This document shows positions 12,701 through 26,600 of a stretch of DNA of 64,000 bases, piece by piece (position 1 is the first letter of the stretch; each line of letters opens with the position of its first letter). The translations under genes were made by a program, and so were the position numbers. The stretch is from Podarcis gaigeae (taxonomy: Eukaryota): the NCBI GenBank assembly GCA_964106915.2, contig OZ066915.1; one strand, 5' to 3'. The notes below the pieces were generated by a model. It saw nothing but the letters and a program-made list of their open reading frames with translations, did not search any database and was not told the origin of the DNA.

Positions 12701-15700
12701 TCACCTAAGTGAACCTCCACCCCTGCCAACTTCTCTTAACATCTCATAAAGTTTAAGATTTAAGGATTCATGAGAAAAATATAACACATGTGTAATTTAA
12801 TTTTCTAACTGTACATTCTATGCTTACCTGCTTGGAGATTAAATATGATGGAGTTCAGTGGGGCATACTTCCCAGTAAATGGATATAAGACTAGCCTAAG
12901 CCACTCAAAAGTCGAGATGCTTGATGTTCTGGACTTTTCAAACTGATTTTCCCTTCTTGGTTTTTAGGCCATTAACATTTATTATGACCAATAATATGAG
13001 CAATGAAATCAGTATGAGCAGTAATATGTGTGTGGGGGTGTGGGGGGAATTACAAGAATAAGATATTTGCACATACAAATGTTCCATTGAAAAAATTATA
13101 TTCTGTTAAGTACTTTGCAATGCCCATTGCTAACCTGGGGTGGGGGGAGAGAATAGAGTGGTATCTCGGGTTACATATGCTTAAGGTTACAGACTCCGCT
13201 AACCCAGAAATAGTACCTCGGGTTAAGAACTTTGCTTCAGGATGAGAAAAGAAATCGTGCTCCAGAGGTGCGGCAGCAGCAGGAGGCTCCATTAGCTAAA
13301 GTGGTGCTTCAGGTTAAGAACAGTTTCAGGTTAAGAACGGACCTCCGGAACGAAGTAAGTACTTAATCCGAGGTACCACTGTATCGGAAAAACGTGCAAT
13401 CTTGCAATTGGACTTGATGTATTTAGAATGATGACACATACCGTGCTTGCTAGGATTCTGGTCAAGTGGAGAAGCAGCACTGGAGAGATTATCCATTGAG
13501 TTGGGATGTGTCCACTGAGGAAGGCGAGATTGGGACTGAGAAGTGTCCTTCACTGACAAACCACCAGGAATGTCCATGCTGTTTACATTCATGTTTGGGT
13601 TCAGTCCAGCTAAGAGGAAGTAGGCAGGCTATTAAGAAACCCTTAATCCCCGATTCTTGGCATTTAATCACACTTTACTTTAAGCTGAAGTCACAAGCTA
13701 ATCTTTTTACGTCTACAAGTAATGCAAACATGGGTTAAAGCAGCAAGGGCCCAAGAAGTAAATTGGGAGGGACAGTATATTACAACCACCAAGTATCTTA
13801 CAACCACCTAAACTGGTACCTACCACTACATTTTCTGTAAGTTAAGACTTAAGTTTTTTTGTTCTGTCAGTCCTAAACCTTCTACCATTCAGACTCATTC
13901 AGGGATCCTGGATTCTAATATTATACAAGATAAAAAGAGTATAAGTGCTGCCTAAGTTTTGTTATACTGATTTCATTCTCTGCTTCTGAAGTTTTTAACA
14001 CTGTGTCATTTTTTGATGTTGTTATGGTTCAGTTTTAATGGTATTATTATTATTAGCTGCCAGAGAACTTTGTTTTTGGGTAGCATATTAATAAAGATAA
14101 TAAGTAATTTGGACACAGTTGCCAAATTAGTTAAGAAGCAGAGGTATGCAGGAGAAAACATTCCAGACTAAAGTAAGTTAAATCACTGTATGTATACATA
14201 ATTAGGTAATTTACATCCTTCTGAACAGGTCCTTAAATAACTGCACATACCAAGGGGGTAAGGAGCAAAGGTGTTCGGTGAAGACTGTTGCTCTTTGGTC
14301 TGCAGGTCAGATAGGCCAGGAGCCTGGGGATGGGGTGAAAAGTTATCCATGGCTGATTTGCCTGCAGGGGGGTGCAAAGATAGATGTGGAGGGGGTGGCT
14401 GCTGCTTCATAAGCAGGGCCTGGGCCAGCTGGCGCTGGTGCTGCTGGATCTGCTGCTGCATGTTATTGATTGTACGTGCAACCTGGCAGCAAGGAAAAAA
14501 TAAAACAAAGTAAGCAAATGCTAGATGGAACAAAGGTTTGTGGCACTTTATCTAGAACCACTCAGCAGACAATGAATTCAATAGATTTAAGAATTAGATG
14601 CATCCCAGACATGGTAAGAGAAACTGAAGTCTGTCAGCCCCGTTTGTGATTTATGTCTGCATAAAAGTGTGCAGCACAGTAGATTTCCTTCACAAATAAG
14701 CTTTTTCTTGTAACATGCTAGATTCTTTAGAGGCTTTACATTTGGAACTGGGTCAACAAGTTGCACCTACTTGCTGCTCCTGTTGTCTGATGGGTCCGGA
14801 AACATTACGCTGAGCCTGTAACATCTGCTGCTGGATTTGTAAACGTTGGTACGCCTGCAAGTTGAGGGAAAAAAAGAAGTCTAAGGTCACAGTGTGAAGT
14901 AGCCCAATGGTCTCACTGCAACTGCATTAAATAACATATGAAACAAATGCATGCTCCCAAAGACCTCCTTGCAGGAAGTAACAGACCCAGAGACAGAAGT
15001 CAGCTCAGACCAAGAGTGCAAACAATACATGGCCAATTAAAGCTATTTAAAACATGACGAGGAAAAGGCATCATCAACTGAATGATTGTTCAAGAAAATG
15101 TAAACAAAGAGATGCAAATAGAATGTTGGTAGCATGTGAGAGAACTAATCACAAACGCCCAGGGTAGACAAAACATTTACTCAGGGTTCGTGCTAATTCT
15201 GCTCTCTTAATCCTGGTTTAGAACTCAAGTTAACAGGAACACTGTGGTGCAGAGGTTGCCCACAAGGTGCTTGTTAAAGGTCTTAATAAATATCCCCTTT
15301 AAAAACCCCTCATACTTTTTGCCTTTCTTGTTCAATTCTGTCTGCACGACTCCACCTCTCCTACACTAAGCAGGCCCCCTTAAACATGCCCACATCTCAC
15401 TGGGTGCCAAGTTGCTCTCTGTGAGCAAGTGTAGCAGTGGCTGATGTATGTACTTTCCCCCCTTTGATAGGGTGGCTACTGGAAGAGGGGCATGCCACAC
15501 CATTCTGTGTTGCTGTCTCTTTTTCCTTGGTAGAAAGGTATGTCATGCCCCCACTCCCACAGTTATTTGGTATTATGCTACATCTCCACAGCAGCCATTT
15601 TGTGTTCGGGCCTGTCCTCCTGGCAGCCATTTTGTGACTGACATCCCTAGCACTTCCTCAAAATTCCAAGTGTGTCTACTTGCCCCAAGAAGATTAGAGA

Positions 15701-18700
15701 ACCTTTAGCTTGTCAAATTAAGCCCTGGAGCACACATACATTGAGATGATACCAGTGGAATTCATATGTTGCCTACCTGAAACCCTCTATACAGTCATAC
15801 CTCATATTATGTCTGCTTCATGTTACATTCTCTTAGGTTACGTCCCGCGGCAACCCGGAAGTACCGGAAAGGGTTATTTCCAGGTTTCACCGTTTGTGCA
15901 TGTGCAGAAGTGCAAAATGATGTCACGCGCATGTGCAGAAGCGACGAATTGCAACCTGCGCATGCGCAGACGCGCCACTGTGGGTTGCACACTTTTCATG
16001 TTGCAAACGGGCCTCCGGAACGGATCCCATTCGTAACCAGAGGTACTACTGTACTATGGTTCAAATCATACATTCACACCTGGTCTCTGGCTAGCGCTTA
16101 AGCTTATTTAAGGTATTTATACCACTGTTGTTATGTCTGTACATACTCCTGTATGCTCACAAAACTGAAATAAAAAGAAGTTCTATATTTATAACAGGGG
16201 GCAATTTTCTCAATACCTAAGATTAGTTGTTGCCATTGGGTACATTGAATTCTGCACTGGTATCTGGAAGACTGGGTCCTAGAAAGATTTGGTTTGCAAT
16301 AACTTTGAAAGGCTTGCAATAAAATACATGCATATTAAGGGCATGACTGATTGCACAAATGAATGGAAATAATGCTCCATTTCATCTACTAGTGAAGAAG
16401 TATTGCAGAACATCAATTTTATTAGATTAGCATACAATGCAAAAACAACAACACAGGAATCTATCAGAAATATTGTAGAATTCTGAGTAATACTAGTGGT
16501 ACCAGAGGTTGTTTTTGAGGTTACAGTCCTATACATGTGTTTCAAAAGTTAAATTTAGAACAATCCAACGGTAATGAGCAAATAATTTAGTCTTTATCAT
16601 ATTGGAAGTGTCAAGCAACTTTTAAGATTCAAGTAGGTATATAAATTCATTTTCAGAACCAAGTCTAATCATCATTTCTGAAGTGAACATGCCCATTCAT
16701 GTGACTTTAAATGCAAGATATTCTTTCTGGATTTATAGCTTTCTCACTGTGNNNNNNNNNNNNNNNNNNNNNNNNNNNNNNNNNNNNNNNNNNNNNNNNN
16801 NNNNNNNNNNNNNNNNNNNNNNNNNNNNNNNNNNNNNNNNNNNNNNNNNNNNNNNNNNNNNNNNNNNNNNNNNNNNNNNNNNNNNNNNNNNNNNNNNNNG
16901 TAAAAGGTGAATATTCATTACTACAGCTGTGTTAGTTACAGGTCTGAACTCCTTGCAGAGTTGAAACAAGACAATTCCAAAGAAAGTGGTTTTTAGGTTA
17001 CTTGCTGTGATTTTTGTTTAATAGAAAGCTATGTGTAGAAGTTGAAAGCAAACACAACATATCACAGCAAAATAAACCTTCATTTCAGAACTGCTCATCC
17101 TTTCTAAATCTGACACATAAAATATAAATACTTGAGAGTTGTATCCAACCAACTCATTGTATGTGTCTAACAACTTCTGCAAGTGCCACACAAATTCCTC
17201 TCCCTCTTCTCCCCCCAGAACTGCTCCAGAGGGTTGAGGGAACCCTCAAGGCAGATTTGGGGTGTGTGCAGGGGCAGGAAAGGGAGAGGAATTTCCACCC
17301 TGTTCACAAAAGTCATTCTACACATGCAATGATTTAGTAGGGTACAACCTGAGTCACTAATAAGTTTCCCACAACATGCTATTTTTTGTAATTCAAATAA
17401 ACTGGCATGGCAACTTAAAAACTCTGTGGCATTTCTCTACACATGGTGCCTTTCATAGAAGTATGTTGTGTAAGTGTGGTTGTGTCAATATTTTATGTTT
17501 GCATTATTCCAATTGGCACTATCAGCCATCTCTAGGTGCAGATAACTTTAAGAATATATTATTATTTCTTCCATTTAAGTGTTCCACTCAATATGCATTA
17601 GTTATGGCACAGAAATGGCCATCGCCAGGGATACAACCATTTTTGGAAAACTGAGGAGCCGGTGAGGAGGAGAAACCTGCCTCCTGACCTCACCGACAAC
17701 CCAAGTGCTAACCGCTAGGCCCTTGTTTTCCAACTGCCAGTGGTTAATGACACCTGGGTTTGCATCCCTGGCTATCACTAATGCTACGGAGCTCAATCTA
17801 ACCTGAGGGGAGAGAAACTGAGGCACTTGAGCACGAAGACTAGGCTGGGATGAGTTAAGAGGTTGCACTGGCGGTTGCTGCGGCTGTTGCATGGTCCTGG
17901 CTTGTGCTGCTCCGCTATTGCCAAACATACCCAGATTGCCACTCGGTATCTGTGGGATGACAAGGTTAGAAGATTTAGGTTTCACAATTTTATAGCTTGT
18001 GACAGTCACTGTAGACTAGCTCAAGACATTAGCAAACAAAGGAGCTCTCATGCAGATTAGCAGCAGGTGAAGGGTTTAAAGCAGTGATGGCCAAACCTGG
18101 CCCTCTAGCTGTTTTGGGACTACAATTCCCATCATCCCTGACCACTAGTCCTGCTAGCTAGGGGTGGTGGGAGTTGTAGTCCCAAAACAGCTGGAGGGCC
18201 AAGTATGGCCATCACTGGTTTAAAGTATAGCAAACTGAAACATCAGTAGGCATGTACCATCAGTAAGAGTTTGGTACAAATACATCAGTTGACCTAAATT
18301 ACTCACGCAGCCAACCATGTTCACTTTGTGGAAGCAGCTTCCTTTGGAAAGTGCTGCAACAGCATGGGGATCTGCTACAGAAATTGCTTATCAAATGCAA
18401 TGCAAGCAACTGGATGCAGATACAAATAGCCACCCTTAAGGATAGTTGCATGTCTAAAGGAGGCTTAAATTTCGCTTTCAGAATGAGTCAATCATAATCT
18501 ACATCTATGTGAATTACCTTTATCTAGGAAATAACTTTTTTCCTTGGTCATATAGTATAAAGCTTTCCCGTCTAGTTTCAGCAAAAAAACAAAAAAAAAA
18601 ACGTCGCACATGTGGAATGTATGTCATAAAAATATAGATTTGGGTACTGGAATGCATTTGGGCATCCTGCTTGACCATTGTTTGCTCTTCCTAATGGTCA

Positions 18701-21700
18701 TGCCTAAGCAGAAGGGAGGCAGCATCTTCATATTATGCTAAGCTATAATTAAGTGTGATGTCCAAATGTGGCCAAAGTAAAAATGAATTACTATTATTCT
18801 GATAAGTTTGGGTCAACATTCCAGCTTATCCTTTTATCACCTTCGCTTTAAAAACAGAAACAAAAACCACTTGTACCATGTAGTTTCCTGATTATCAACT
18901 ATGACACATAGTTACAATGTTTGGGGCTTTTTAGCTCATGCAAAAGGCAACTGGGGCATGTGAAACAAATTACGTATGGTGTCAAGAAACTGGATAGTCT
19001 CACAGTATTAGAACCTGGAATAATCCATTGAAGCTGAATGGTAGGAGATTCAAGACAGACAAACTTCTTTACACAGTAAGCTATCCACCCTGGATAGCTT
19101 AGAGGGTGAATAGACAAATTCATGGAGCATAAGACTATCAATAGCTATACTGTACATTACAGTGGTGCCCCGCAAGACGAACGCCTCGCAAGACGAAAAA
19201 CCCGCTAGACGAAAGGGTTTTCCGTTTTGGAGGCGCTTCGCAAAACGAATTTCCCTATGGGCTTGCTTCGCAAGAAGAAAGCCCATAGGGAAATCTCCGG
19301 GGACCTCTTTTAAATGCTGGCGGAGGTCAGTCTCCGCTGTCCCGGGGGCTTTTAAAATGCTGGGGGACGGCAGCGAAGCCTTCGCTGCTGCCCACCAGCA
19401 TTTTAAGATCGCCCGGGACAGCGGAGAAGTCTCCGCTGTCCCGGGAAGGCAGGCGGGGGGGGGGGAGCAAAGACTTTCGCCCCCCGCCGGCCTTCAGAAG
19501 AGGTCGGGGGACAGACTGTCCCCGGACCTGGTCTGAAGGCGGTTTCCATAGGAACGCATTGATTGATTTTCAATGCATTCCTATGGGAAACCGTGCTTCG
19601 CAAGACGAAAAACTCGCAAGACGAAAAGACTTGCGGAACGAATTAAATTCGTCTTGCGAGGCACCACTGTATCTCCAATCTCCAATATGCCTCTGAATAC
19701 CAGTTACAGAGGAGCACAAGTAGGAGAGTGCTAAGGAACTTCTGTTTTGCTTGTGGGCTTGGCCACTGTAGGAACAGGATGCTGGCATTTAACAATGCCT
19801 TGCCAGCTCAAATACAGTGGTACCTCTGGTTACAAACGCTTCTGGTTACGGATGCTTCGGGTTACGAACTCTGCTAACCCTGTAGTAGCTGCTCCTGGTT
19901 GCAAATTCTGCTCCAGGATGTGAAGGGAAATTGTGTGCCGGAGGTGCACACACAGCGGGAGGTCCCATTAGTGAAAGCGCGCCTCAGAATAAGAATGGTT
20001 TTAGCTTAAGAACGGACCTCCGGAATGAATTAAGTTCGTAACCAGAGGTACCACTGTATAAATAATTTGGTCCATAGGTTTTAGAGCACAGCGTTGACAT
20101 TACAGTGTAAGCAATGGCAAAAGGGCAAATATTTGGTTTCTCTAGTCAAGTGCTCTATCATCTAGACTTGGAAGCAGACCAAATGTGTGGATTGGACAGT
20201 TAAAAATGAATACTGGTCCTGTTCCACCTAACAAGCACATACTGCAACCAAGAAAGCTTGAGGGTGGGGGAGAAAAGTGATATAAAGGCCCCAGTGTAGG
20301 GAAACCTTTCAACGTGTATGAGCTGAGAAGGCGAAGAGGAAGTAAGCAAGAGCGGCAAGAGCTATGAGCGGCAAGAAGTATGGTCTGTGTGAGGATGGGA
20401 AGGAGTGCCAGTGTGCAGGACGCTGCGGGATGCACCAGAGGAGAAAAGGACCCAACAACAAAGACGGGAGGAACTGCGGGCAAGTAAGGGCAAGTTCTAT
20501 AGCTAAGGACCTGTGGGAATCTTGGCGTGCAGTAACAACTGTCATTTGAAATACGCTTCGATGACAAGCTGATTTTTGACTTTTCATTCACTACTTTACC
20601 TTTGAGAAAAAGGAGCCTTAAAATGAAAAGCAAAGCCAAACAAATATCTTGCTGACTAGCAAGCGTAAGCGTGCCGACATTCAAATAACTGTCACTCAAA
20701 AGATACCTTACCTGTCTAGAAGAATTCAAGTTTTGCATGCCCAGCCCTGAGGCAATCCCACCCAGGGTCTGATTAGGGAGTGCACTGTTTGAAAGGGGGA
20801 GCTTCAGGCTTGGTGAAGGCAAAAATGGTGAAGTAGTGGGCTCTTCCACTAGGCCGCCATCCTGATTGAAAAAAGAAAGGGTGAGCTGTGTGCAGTGTCC
20901 AGGTACAGACAGTGCACAGAACAGTTTCCCATGGAAATATAAGTGGAACATGGATGAATAAAAGTTCAAAATATTGTTTAAAAAGGCATGAGGAATATAT
21001 AATGAAAAGTATGGGGTGGAAGGGAGAAGAAAAAGAGAAACAGAATTTAGATACTGTTTGTCTTTACTTTTCGCTTTGCATTTTGTAAATCTATAACTGA
21101 ACAGTATTCTGTAGTATGAAAAATGACAGGCACAAAAAGGGATGCTTGTTGTGACATTTTAAAAATAGGAATGTTACAGGGCAACCGATCCCTTGCCTCA
21201 AGAGGAATGGCAACAACACCCGCACAAGACAGACTTCTGTCTGATCATGCCTTCCATGCCCACTTCATTTCCTTTCTTTTCTCTCAATTACAAAATAAAA
21301 CAAAAGGGGAGGGGTTGGAGGACAAAAGGACATTCAATTCTTCTGAAAACCCTGAAAACCCTGATTGCATTTTTGGAACACTGCCATAAGCCAAAGTGGA
21401 AACAGAGTTATGAAAAAAGTTAACAATTACAGGAGTTTCAGAAAGCTTTCTTCACTGATACTTTGGTAATATACATAATCAACAATTCCAATTTTAGGTA
21501 GTGTTCTAAATTGCAAATCAGCTGTTGAGAAAACTTGTTCCATTAATCTTCTGTGTCATCTACAGTTAGGTACATGACAGACATTAAACTATTTTTAAAC
21601 ATTAGCATAGTAATCAGTATGTAAACAAACATCTGCTATTGAATGCAGGTGTATAACAATTTATTTTTAAATCAGTTACCAATTTGAGGGATGAGGAAGA

Positions 21701-23630
21701 TGACAAGGGGACTGCTATGTTGACAGTGTCCTAGTCTGAATGCCTTGTTTTAGAGCTAAGCAGAATTTTCAAAGAATTATGTATTGTCAACTGCAGCCCC
21801 AAGCATATTCCAGTTTATATGCATATAGGTTTCACTGGCATGAGTAGGACTTGAATAAGTGGGCTGAATTTTGTGTCTAATTCTTCAGCTTTGTCATAGC
21901 ATAAACAAAAACCAAATTGTAACCCACCCAACCCAACCAATTTCCAGTTAAAAAATTCTTCAAAGAATTGGGAGCAAGAACATCCCATAAATTGGTGAGT
22001 TCATACGTAACACTTCTAATCCCTCAAGAAAAATAATTTTATCTCCTCCCTCCCTTGCATGCTCAAGAGTCAATTAAGTTTTGAACCAGGCAAGCCATCA
22101 CCTCAGTGTTGTCAAGCTGGTTTGTGCATATTCTCCAAACTATTACTGGAAATCACAACTTAAAGTTGGTTCCCGGTTCTGGTTTGAAGGTCAGCCACAA
22201 AACATAGTTTGCCGATTTGGATGAAATGGCAAACAACAATTTGCCTAAAAGATGGGAAGGAGGAAATGCCATACTAAAGAGGAAGGGGCTTGCACAAAGC
22301 TTATTCCCAATCATCCAAACCATGGTTTGGAAGATTGGACACAGTATATGTGAAACAATCCAAAATATCAAGAAGAAAACCTTACAGCAGAAGCTCTAGG
22401 TGGAGGAGGTTTGGGAAGTAATCTCATCTGTCTAAGTCTGTCTAGGAGGCCATCTTCCCCTGACCTATTCTAGGGGTATTCTGCTCTTCCACCCAAAAAA
22501 TGCTTTTTTCTGTGTATAGCTAGTGTCTTTGGAGTTTAATGCAGGATAAACACAGTGGGCCAGTGTGGACATAAGCTAAACTGTGATATAGTGTTACAAA
22601 TTCATGAGCCAGGATACTTCCGACATTCATCAAGTGCCAGTTCAGAAACATCTGCTAATCACAATCCCTTGTCATACTTGAGAAAACACTGTGCAAATGC
22701 TAGTTAGTGAGCAAGCTAGTATCATAAACTACAATTAGGCCCTGGGTTTGTCTGAACTAACCAGAGTTCTTAGAGTCTGAACATAACATAATGGTTAATT
22801 TAACATCAAAAGAGAAAGTTTTCAATCACCTCTTCTTGTATGCGAGAGGAGAAAAGGTAGAGTGCATAACTTGTGCATGTATTTTCCCCCCTTAAAATGT
22901 TAAGTGGTATATTAATTTTGTAAATAAACAAACATTGTACATGGTTCCTGGGGCTATTGGTTCCTCCCCTTCCTCATGGTTTCCCCCATCCTACTGACAT
23001 CCTCACTGTATAATAATACAGATGTCTTCTGAAAACTTCTTTATTTCAACAAGCCTACCTAGATGTATAATTTAGTTGGGTATATTTGTTTTAATTTTAT
23101 CTGTGTTTTATTGATAATTATCATATTATGTTCACCGCTTAGAGGTTTTTCTACATATAAAAAAAACCCTGAACTGCAGCAATCCATGAAGTTGGCAATC
23201 AGCCCCACACATGAGCTCAGAGGCCCAAGTACAGAATGTAGCAGTTACAAGTTTCTTTAAATAAGAGGCTCTAGCCAGTGGGATATATGTTCCGAGACCC
23301 TCAGCTCACATGTGTGCCTGCCTGTCTCAATCTCATTCTTCTCAACACTGCTAGACAAGGAGAACGATTAGGAAGGGAAGGAGCAGGTTATATTGGGAGG
23401 CACTGAAGATCAATGAGAAAGGGATGAAAGTAAGTGATAAGAACAGGCATAGGCAGACTCTGCCCTCCAGATGTTTTGGAACTACAACTCCCATCATCCC
23501 TAGCTAACAGGACCAGTGGTCAGGGATGATGGGAGTTGTAGTCCCAAAACATCTGGAGGGCTGAGTTTGCCTATGCCTGGACAAGAAGGACAAAGTGAGT
23601 CCTTGGTGAAGGGAAAGAGGCAACAGTAAG

Positions 23631-23685
<55 letters not shown>

Positions 23686-26600
23686 TGTGTATAGACTTAC
23701 TTTTGAAACTGAACAGCAGGAGCCACAAGAAAAGAAGGTAGTGTGGGAAAAGGGGACTGCAAATTTAATCTGCTTGTGTGAGAACAGTGGAAGAGAAAGT
23801 GAATGTGTGAGTATGGTGTATGCTTCTGTATGTGTGTGAATAGATGGCTGGGGATTTCTATGTGTGAAATGAATGGATTTTTGTTGGGGTGAGGGGGAGG
23901 AAAACAGAGGTGTGGCTGCACACTTTGGGTGGCTGCACACTTTGGGCTTGGGCCCTGCCCATTGCCCTCACATGGTCTTCAAGCCACTTTTTCTCACAAT
24001 AAATGCAGCTCTTCACTTATAAAGGGTTATCCACCTCAATGCTAAGCTATTGGCATTACATCTGAACTGGCCTACATTTATCAATGTGCAGTGTCTGTGC
24101 TGTGGAGCAATTAATATAGAAGTAAGAACAGGGGCTTCTACTGCTACGCTGTGCGTGTCTGGAAGAACGATAGTAAACAAAAGCATGTCTTTCCCGCCCC
24201 CACTGGTTTAGTATCACAGACTGCAGCAGGGTGCTGAGCAAAGGTTCTGCCCCTTGTGGAGCCAGATTATTCTCTGATGCTTAAATATCCCCTTCCGCAG
24301 GCAAATATTCTACAAGTAAAAGCCTGAAGTCATGTGGAAAAAAATCTCAATTTTGCTGTGTACTTTGCAAATAATTATAGCTTCACGAGTGTATGCATGC
24401 TCTTTTGTTAACTTGCTAAAAGCAGTAATTTTACAGCTAATTTGCATCATCTTCCCACCCACTCACTCAGAAGATTATTAAGTGTCAGGGAATAGCCCAT
24501 GTTCCTAAAAAGGGTGAAATATTGTTCTATGCCAATCAAACATGAAATATCTGTGGAGTCCTAAATAAACTCCTGCTAATACAAGTTTTTCTGCCAACTC
24601 CTTGTAGAGGCCCATGAAAAGTTTCTTTATCAACCAATGTGATACTTAGTTTAGTGCTGGAAGGTCTAGCATTTTCTAATCATATCCCCAAGGTCTTTCA
24701 GCTCAACATGTTTCACATTCTGCAAGAATATCCGTCATGCTCCACAAACTGCAGCTTGCATGACAGTAACAGGTTCAAGGATTTCTTCTGTTCAGGTCAT
24801 GAGCTGTTTGCTATCCTTTCTTGCCTCTTAAGCAGGAATACTTTTCAGTGTCCTATATATTCCTTCTACACAGGATTGGTTTGCTCTAAAAACCAAGGTT
24901 CCTATTCACATACAAAATATTGTGGAATGCTTAAAAAGTCATTTGGTCTGAAATTTGGTCTGAAGAAAGCTAGTACATAGCTGGAAGAAGAAGGAAAAGC
25001 ATTCCTCAGAAGGGGAAAGTGGCCTTAACACTTCAAAGGCCAAAGAAACAGAAATGAGAATGAAATGTTTTGTTGTGATCCACACTCCATAGTCTGATCC
25101 ACAACAGAACTTTCAAGTATTGTATTTAGGTGCAATCCACCCCTGCACCTTTATGTGCTAATGCCACATAATAATTATTTTTCCAAGTTATGCTCCTGGT
25201 TAACAAGAAAAACTTCCTGAAAGTGTCCTATACTAATGGAAAAGGAATTCTGAGCATTTTCAGACTCAAAGGAGCCCTTCTGTTCACCAGGGGCGCAAGT
25301 CTGGATGGAACACATGGTATTCATTTGTTGTGTTTGCAACCCTTAAAAACACAGACAAGTTTGATACTGTACCTAGAACTGTAAACTGTAGAAAAGCTGG
25401 TCTTTTCATAAACAAATAAAGGCACTTGCTAAGCAATTAATAATTTTAGAAATAAAGTTGGGGATGCATATGATGATTACTTTATCTTGATGTCTAAATT
25501 ACAGACTCCAAAAGAAGTATTCTTCCTGGATTCTTATTCTCTGGAGCATTACAAATTGCCATGGCCAGAGATGGGATTTTGGATGTGGTAGATGTGTCAG
25601 TGCAGTGTTAGTGCATGTGGTGCCCTCCAGATGTTTTTATCCTACAACTTGCATCATCCCTGAGCGTTGGCCATGCTGGCTGGGGCTGATGTGAGTTGGA
25701 GCCCAACAACATCTGGATGGCAGCCCATTGGTTGCTCCTGTACTAGAGTGTCTAAGGACAAACCTGTAAGAGAAGCTCCATGTAGTGGCTGGGCCTTTTT
25801 TAATTATTCAATGTATTTGGGAAAGTTTAAAAACTATTACTGGTGTCTCTCGATTACTTGGCAAAAGACACTGCAAGAGGATGTCTCAGCTCAATATTTA
25901 TTGTTGATATGGCACCACTGAGGTACAACACTGAGGTTCCTCCTCCACAGAGGAACATAAAAAAGATCTCTGCCTTATGGCAAGAATGGGAAACCTGTGG
26001 CTCTCCAGATGTTGTTGGACTCCAAATCCCATCAGCTACAGGCAACAGGGCCAGTGGTCAGGAATCATGAGCTGTAGTCTCAACAAGGTCTGGAGGCCCA
26101 TAGGTTAGCCAGCCCTGCTAGAAAAGAACAGCTGGAAACAGCAAGTGGCGATATTGTGCTAATGCCAAATGTCTACAGCTGCAGATGAAATAGGACATCT
26201 CACTCTCCAGTAACTATGCTTTCTTTTACTAGTAAGCTAAGAAGTAAAGGGAGCAGACTCATGAGGCAAAACAGTACATTTACCTGCCCCACCCACATTT
26301 TCCAGGTTAATCTAACTTTTAGAGTTTCTTCCCACTCTGCTTCCAGAGTGCTGCACCTACCTTGTCAAGGAAGGTGGGGCGGTCCATGGAAGACTCTTTG
26401 GAGATCGGTGGTGGGCGGCAGCCAAGGGGTTTGGTGACCATTCCATTGTAGTCAGCCACACCCATTCCACGCTTGTCCATTTCCACCTTCTTTTCCAGCA
26501 GAGCACCTGCAAAAAGTAAACACAATATGAAGACACCAAAGAAAATGAGGGAAATGTCCCTAAATCAAGACAAAATGACTGTTGTACTGATACAACTATT

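Noticed and set aside
19170-19660. CRISPR-like iterated repeats or a promoter CpG island
   Set aside because: Eukaryotic context, irregular spacing, and bounded by TIRs with a TA duplication, so it is a transposon.
20142-20969. 275-aa ORF as a standalone gene
   Set aside because: Only 20712-20885 is TNRC6C exon; the rest is intron read-through without recognisable motifs.
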